Positions 53,461 through 64,000 of a DNA stretch of 64,000 nucleotides are shown here, in pieces. The notes under the pieces are model-generated. The model did no database searches. It had not been told where the DNA came from and worked only from the letters and a program-made list of their open reading frames with translations. The first letter of the stretch is position 1. Each line of letters starts with the position of its first letter. Both the position numbers and the translations under genes were made by a program. The stretch lies in NCBI RefSeq assembly GCF_009914755.1, contig NC_060926.1; one strand, written 5' to 3'. The stretch is from the human T2T-CHM13v2.0 reference genome, Homo sapiens.

Positions 53461-54879
53461 ATTTGGTACTGAGATTACCAAATCTAGGATTATTAGATTT
53501 GATTACTCTGGGTGTTTGATCAAACAACTGGGCCTGATAGTTGACACATAAAATGAACCATAACAACTATATAAAAACATTCCCCTTCTGATATTTTCAC
53601 TTTTAATTGAAATTGAGTCTAGGGAAGGAAGGATGACCTAAATTTAGCTATGTGTTCACCTAATCCTGAGGTTTTTCTCTCCATTCCTTTACTAAAATAG
53701 AGTAGACAGAAACAAGGGAGAAAGTTATACTCTTGGTCTTTCATTGTATCTTCTGTCCCTAAACTTTGTAGGGGAGATTAAAACAAATATTCTACTTCTG
53801 TCTGTTTGTATGTGTGTGTTTATATGTCGCAGAGTGGGAAGAGAGAGACAGAATGGGGGCAGGAAGGTGCATACACAAGAGTGTAATTTGCAAATTCTTA
53901 AAACATGCAATCTATACTTTCATTTCTTTTCAAAATTCAAACTTAGTGTTAAGTAGGGACAGATTAATTGACGGGAGCCTATGGATGAGTGGGAGAAGAA
54001 GATAGAATGCTGAGCCTGGTTCTTCTGTCTTGCTATCTAATGCAAGAAAATGATTTGTAATAATTTAATACATTTTTGGCTTTTTACTAAAAGAGAAGCA
54101 TCTCTAAGCAGTGTTATTTTTGTTTCAAATCAGAATGTAGTTTGTATACTTCTGCTTTCAGGTAGAAACACTAGGTAGTAGCAGAACAATGCTCCCTAGT
54201 AATTCAAAAAATATGATAAGACTCATATTTTTAAATGTAAGGGAGAGTTGTAGGAGCAACGAGAACTAGAGGAACCAGTTACAGAGAGGAAAGTGCCCTG
54301 CCAGGTGAATTGTATATTACTGACTTTTTGTCTCTGCAAGCATTTGTTGATTGAGGACCAGCTAAAGATTGAACATGAGATAGGTGAAGAAACTTCACTG
54401 GGGGGAGTAGAAGTCAGTAGGGTCATAACTAACAGGAGGCTACACCAAAAGAGTAAAATCTCCACTAGTTTCAGGATCTGAGGAGGCAATGTCCTATGGG
54501 AGAGAGAGGGAGTGAATCAAACATACAGCTGGTCTCCCAAGTGATTTGTGTAAAGCTAAAGAGTAAGCCAATATATCTGAATGGAAGAACTGAATGTTGT
54601 GAAATATTTCAAGGAAGAGGAAATAGATCTGATAAACTCTGAATCAGAAACCCATGAGAGTAACACCTGAGGAGCACAGATAAATAAAAGATGGAGTGAG
54701 GCTAATTAAAAGTGCTACCCAGCCCCAACACAGCTAAATTGTTTACTGGATTCTAGTGATTAGACCCTTAGCCTGCTCTGGGGGGATATGCTGTGAGGTT
54801 TCCAATGTACGTATATACACATTGTCTAGCATACAATGAAAATGTAAGGGAGATTGAAAGAGACAATAAAGGCAGATCC

Positions 54880-56060
54880 ACAGTGATCCATCTGTTACAG
54901 TTACTAGAAGCACTATAAAGTAATAATGATTAACGTTAAAGAGAATAAAAAGGTAGAAAAATGAATAGTTAATGTACATTCTGGAACTGAGAAATAGAAA
55001 ATCCGAAATTAAGAATGCATTGGATTGGCTTACCAGTAGACTGGACACAAAAAATTAGTGGACTCAAAGATGGTTAATTGAAATACCATAAATATATAAA
55101 ATATATATCTAATATCTTCTCTCTGTCTAATTATCTATTTAGATCCTTAAAAGGAGAGAAGGAAAAAAAGCAATGATTGAAGGTAAATGGCTGAGAATGT
55201 TCCAAAAAATGATAAAAGATCTCAACCTGCAGATTCAAGAAAAAATTCGTAGAAGTTGCCTGAGTTTAAAAAAAAAAAAAAAAAGATGCATTATCTTTAA
55301 GACAGTAAGACTGAATGAGGCTGAATTTTCAACAGTAACTATGGAAGCCAGAAAATGATAAAATAATATTTTTTAAATGATAAAAAAAACTACTGGCCTA
55401 GACTTCTATAACCTATGAAAATATACTTTAGGCATGAAGGTAAAAGAAATATTTTTTTAGACAACAAAAGTTGAAAGAATTTATAAGAATTGCACAGGAA
55501 GTTTCTCAGAAGAGCAATTTTTATCAGATTGAGGCACCGGGGTACAAGAAGGAATAAGGAGCATTTGGAAGGCAATTATGTAGGTAAGTACAAATAGCAT
55601 TGATTAATACAATAAAATTACCTTGTAACATATGCAAAACATGTGGGAGTAAAATACATGACATTACTAGCAAAAAGAGCAAGAAGTAGACAAACAGTAT
55701 TGTAGTCTTGCATTTTGCAGGAAGTGTTAGATTATTAATGTAGCCCTGCTTGGGATAGATCCATATGCCTATTGTACTTCTGACAATAACTACTAAAGTT
55801 AATTTTAAAATGTATATCTAAAAATCTAATTAGAGGATATAAAATAGAAAAACAATGCTTGATTCCCACAGAAGGAAGAAAAGGGCATATACAGGAATGA
55901 TGTATTGCTAGGATAAGTAAAAACAAATAGTAAGATAATACAGTTAAAAGTAACTGCATGAAAACTACACCAAAGGTAGATGGATTAATACCTTAGTTAA
56001 TGAGAAATATTATCAGATTATATTTTTTAAAAGATCCAACTGTATGCTGTTTGCAAATAC
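54880..56060 (+). mobile_element. Ancient L1M (L1ME-like) ORF1 to ORF2 remnants
   Basis: gctgagaatgttccaaaaaatgataaaagatctcaacctgcagattcaagaa; aacagtaactatggaagccagaaaatg; aagatccaactgtatgctgtttgcaa. Confidence 0.65.
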
Positions 56061-56065
56061 ACACT

Positions 56066-60099
<4,034 letters not shown>

Positions 60100-60100
<1 letters not shown>

Positions 60101-60430
60101 ATTTATATTTATATAAATATAATTTATATATTTATATAATTATATTATATATTAAATTTATATAATTCTATTTATGTAAATATATTTATATAATTATATT
60201 ACATAAATATAATTATATTGATAAATAGAAATATAAATTTATATACATATTTATATGTATATAATACAAATATAAATTTATATTTATATTATATAAATAT
60301 ACTTACATAATTATATTTATATAATATAACATAATTTATATAATTATATAAGTATATTATATAAGTATATTTATATAAACATATTTATATAGTCATAATT
60401 ATAAATGATTATATAAAGCAATCAAAACAA
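60100..60430. repeat. Extremely AT-rich low-complexity tract (degenerate TA repeat)
   Basis: ~330 bp that is almost entirely A/T, e.g. atttatatttatataaatataatttatata. Confidence 0.92.
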
Positions 60431-60452
60431 TAATATACAAATGGTAATTTAG

Positions 60453-60842
<390 letters not shown>

Positions 60843-60937
60843 GCAGTTTCATTTTCTTAACGGTGTTTCTTTCTAAGGGTATTCACTTTAGAAATAATAT
60901 AAATTTTCACAGATATGAACCAAAAGATATTTTTAAG

Positions 60938-63900
60938 TTTTTTTATTCTTTAACTTTTAAGTTCAGGGGTACATTTGTAGGATGTGCAGGTTGGTTACAT
61001 AGGTAAATGTGTTCCATGGTGGTTTGCTGCACAGATTATCCCAACACCTAGGTATCAAGCCCAGCATCCATTAGCTATTCTTCCTGATGCTCCCTCTCAG
61101 CTCCCCACAACCCCTGACTGACAGGTCCCAGAGTGTGTTGCTTCGCACCATCTGTCCATGGTCCCACTATCTCATCATTCAGGTCCCACTTATTAGTGAG
61201 AACATGAGGTGTTTGGTTTTTTGTTCCTGCATTAGTTTGCTGAGGATCATGGCTTCCAATTCCATCCATATCCCTGCAAAGAACATGATCTTGTTCATGT
61301 TTATGGCTGCATATTATTTCATGATGTATATGTACCATGTTTACTTTACCCAGTCTATCACTGATGAGCATTTACATTGATTCCATGTCTTTGCTATTGT
61401 GAATAGTGCTGCAATGAACATATGAGTGCATGTATATAATAGAAAAGGATACATATATATTTATGATTTATATTCCTTGGGGCATATACCCAGTAATGGG
61501 ATTGCTGGGTTGAATGGTATATCTGCCTCTGGGTCTTTGAGAAATTGCCACACTGTCTTCCACAATGGTTGAATTAATTTATACTCTCACCAGCAGTGTA
61601 AAAGTGTTCCTTTTTCTTCATAACCTCACCAGCATCTGTTGTTCTTTGACTTCTTAATAATAGCCATTCTGACTGGCATGAGATGGTATCTCATTGTGGT
61701 TTTGATTTGCATTTCTCTAATGATCCATAATGTTAAACTTTTTTGTCATATGTTTGTTAACCACGTGTACGTCTTCTTTTGAGAAGTGTCTGTTAATGCT
61801 CTTTGCCTCCTTTTTAATGGGTTTTTTTTCTCATAAATTTGTTTAAGTTCTTTGTTGACTCTAGGTATTAGACCTTTGTCAGATGGATAGATTGCAAAAT
61901 TTTTCTCCCATTCTGTGGGTTGTCTGTTCATTCTGATAGTTTCTTTTGCTGTGAAGAAGCTCTTTAGTTTAATTAGATCTCATTTGTCAATTTTTGCTTT
62001 TGTTGCAATTGCTTTTGGGATTTTCATAATGAAATCTTTGCCTGTGCCTATGTCCTGATTAGTATTGCCTAGATTTTCTTCTAGGCTTTTTATAGTTTTG
62101 GGTTTTACATTTAAGTCTTTAATCCATCTTGGTTAATTTTTGCACATGGTGTAAGAAAGTGGTCCAGTTTCAGTTTTCTGCATATGGCTAGCCAGCTCTT
62201 GCAGCACCATTTATTAAGGAGGCAGTCTCTCCCCCATTGCTTGTTTTTGTCAGGTTTGTCAAAGAAAAGATGGTTCTGGGCATGTGGTCTTATTTCTGAG
62301 TCCTCTCTTTTGTTCCATTGGTCTATGTGTCTGTTCTTGTACCAGTACCATGCTGTTTTGGTTACTGTAGGCTTGTAGTATATAGTTTGAATTCAGGTGG
62401 CTTGATGCCTCCAGCTTTGTTCTTTTTGCTTTGGATTATCTCAGCTATGCGGGCTCTTTTTTTGTTTCATATGAATTTTAAAATAGTTTTTATCTAATTC
62501 TGTGAAGAATGTCAGTGGTAGTTTAATGGGAATTGAATTGAATTTATAAATTACTTTGGACAGTATTGCCGTTTTCATGATATTGATTCTTCCTGTCCAT
62601 GAGCGTAGAATACTTTTTCATTTGTTTGTGTACTTCTGATTTCTTTGAGCAATGTTGTGTAGTTTTCTGTGAAGAAGTTATTTACTTCCATTGTTAGCTG
62701 TATTCCTAGGTATTTTATTCTTTTGGTGGCAGTTGTGAATAGGAGTTCATTCATGATTTGGTTCTCGGCTTGCCTGTTGTTGGTGTATAGGAAAGCTAGC
62801 AATTTTTGCACATCAATTTTGTATCCAGAGACATTGCTAAATTTGCTTATCAACTTAAGAAGCTTTTGGGTGGGACAATGGGATTTTGTAGATATAGGAT
62901 TATGTCATCTGCAAACAAAGATAATTTGACTTCCTCTTTTCCTATTTGAATACGCTTCATTTCTTTCTCTTGCCTGATTGTCCTGGCCAGAACATCCAAT
63001 ATTATGTTGAATGGGAGTGGTGAGAGAGGGCATCCTTGTGCTAGTTTTCAAGGGGAATGCTTTCAGCTTTTGCCCATTCAGTACGATGTTGGTTGTGGGT
63101 TTGTCATATATGGTTCTTATTATTTTGAGGTATATTCCTTCAGTATCTAGTTTATTGAGAGTTTTTTTAACATGAAGGGATGTTGAATTTTATCAAAGGC
63201 CTTTACCGCATCTATTGAGATAATCATGTGGTTTTGTCTTGAGTTCTATGTGATGAATCATATTTATTGATTTGCATATGTTGAGCCAACCTTGCATCCT
63301 GGGGATGAAGCCAACTTGATTTTAGTGGATAAACTCTTTGATGTGCTGCTGGATTTGGTTTGCCAATATTTTATTGAGGATTTTTGCATTGATGTTCATC
63401 AAGGATATTGGTCTGAAGTTTTCTTTTTTGTTGCGTATCTGCCAGGTTTTGGTATCAGAATGATGCTAGCCTCATCAAATGAGTTAAGGAAGAGTTACTC
63501 CTTTTAATTGTTTGCAATAGTTTCATTAGAAATTGTACCAGATCTTCTTTGTATCTCTAGTAGAATTCAGCTGTGAATCTGTTTGGCCCTGGGCTTTTTT
63601 CGATTGGTAGGCTGTTTATTACTGCCTCAATTTCAGAACTCGTTATTGGTCTGTTCAGGGATTTAAGTTCTTTCTGGTTCAGTCTTAGGAGGGTACATGT
63701 GTCCAGGGATTTATCTATTTCTTCTAGATTTTCTAGCTCATTTGCATAGGAGTGTTTATAGTATTCTCTGATGGTTGTATTTCTGTGGGATCACTGGTGA
63801 TATCTCCCTTATCATTTCTTATTGTGTTTGTTTAAACATTCTCTCTTTTATTCTTTATTAGTCTACCTAGTGGTCCATCTTATTATTTCTTTCTCAAAAA

Positions 63901-64000
63901 ACCAGCTCCTGAGTTTGTGGATTCTTTTTTAAGGGTTTTCATGTCTCTATCTCCTTCAGTTCAGCTCTGATTTTAGTTATGTCTTGTCCTCTACTAGCTT
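60938..64000 (-). mobile_element. L1PA (older) 3' portion, runs off the window end
   Basis: aagttcaggggtacatttgtaggatgtgcagg 3'UTR; minus-strand ORF2 fragments (NRQPTEWEK; [21 protein letters not shown]) with stops and frameshifts. Confidence 0.92.

Overview
Primate, very probably human, nuclear DNA that is AT-rich and dominated by repeats (intergenic or deep intronic). I find no intact protein-coding gene, RNA gene or CRISPR array. The only gene-derived feature is a disabled processed pseudogene of mitochondrial ATP synthase subunit b (ATP5PB/ATP5F1) at about 37.4-38.6 kb (+). The rest is Alu, L1 (including a twin-primed, 5'-inverted L1PA), L2/MIR, MaLR/ERV LTRs, hAT MITEs and microsatellites. 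Structure the repeat annotation does not explain: a ~220-bp inverted duplication bracketing 1.67 kb (22.6/24.5 kb), a ~270-bp direct duplication flanking a ~200-bp spacer (9.8/10.2 kb), a 34-bp minisatellite inside an LTR, clustered short palindromes, two splice-competent candidate exons and a CTCF-like site. The pseudogene also appears to keep ancestral, non-human residues. I see no evidence of a new multi-gene system. Repeat subfamily names come from remembered consensus sequences and need RepeatMasker/Dfam confirmation.
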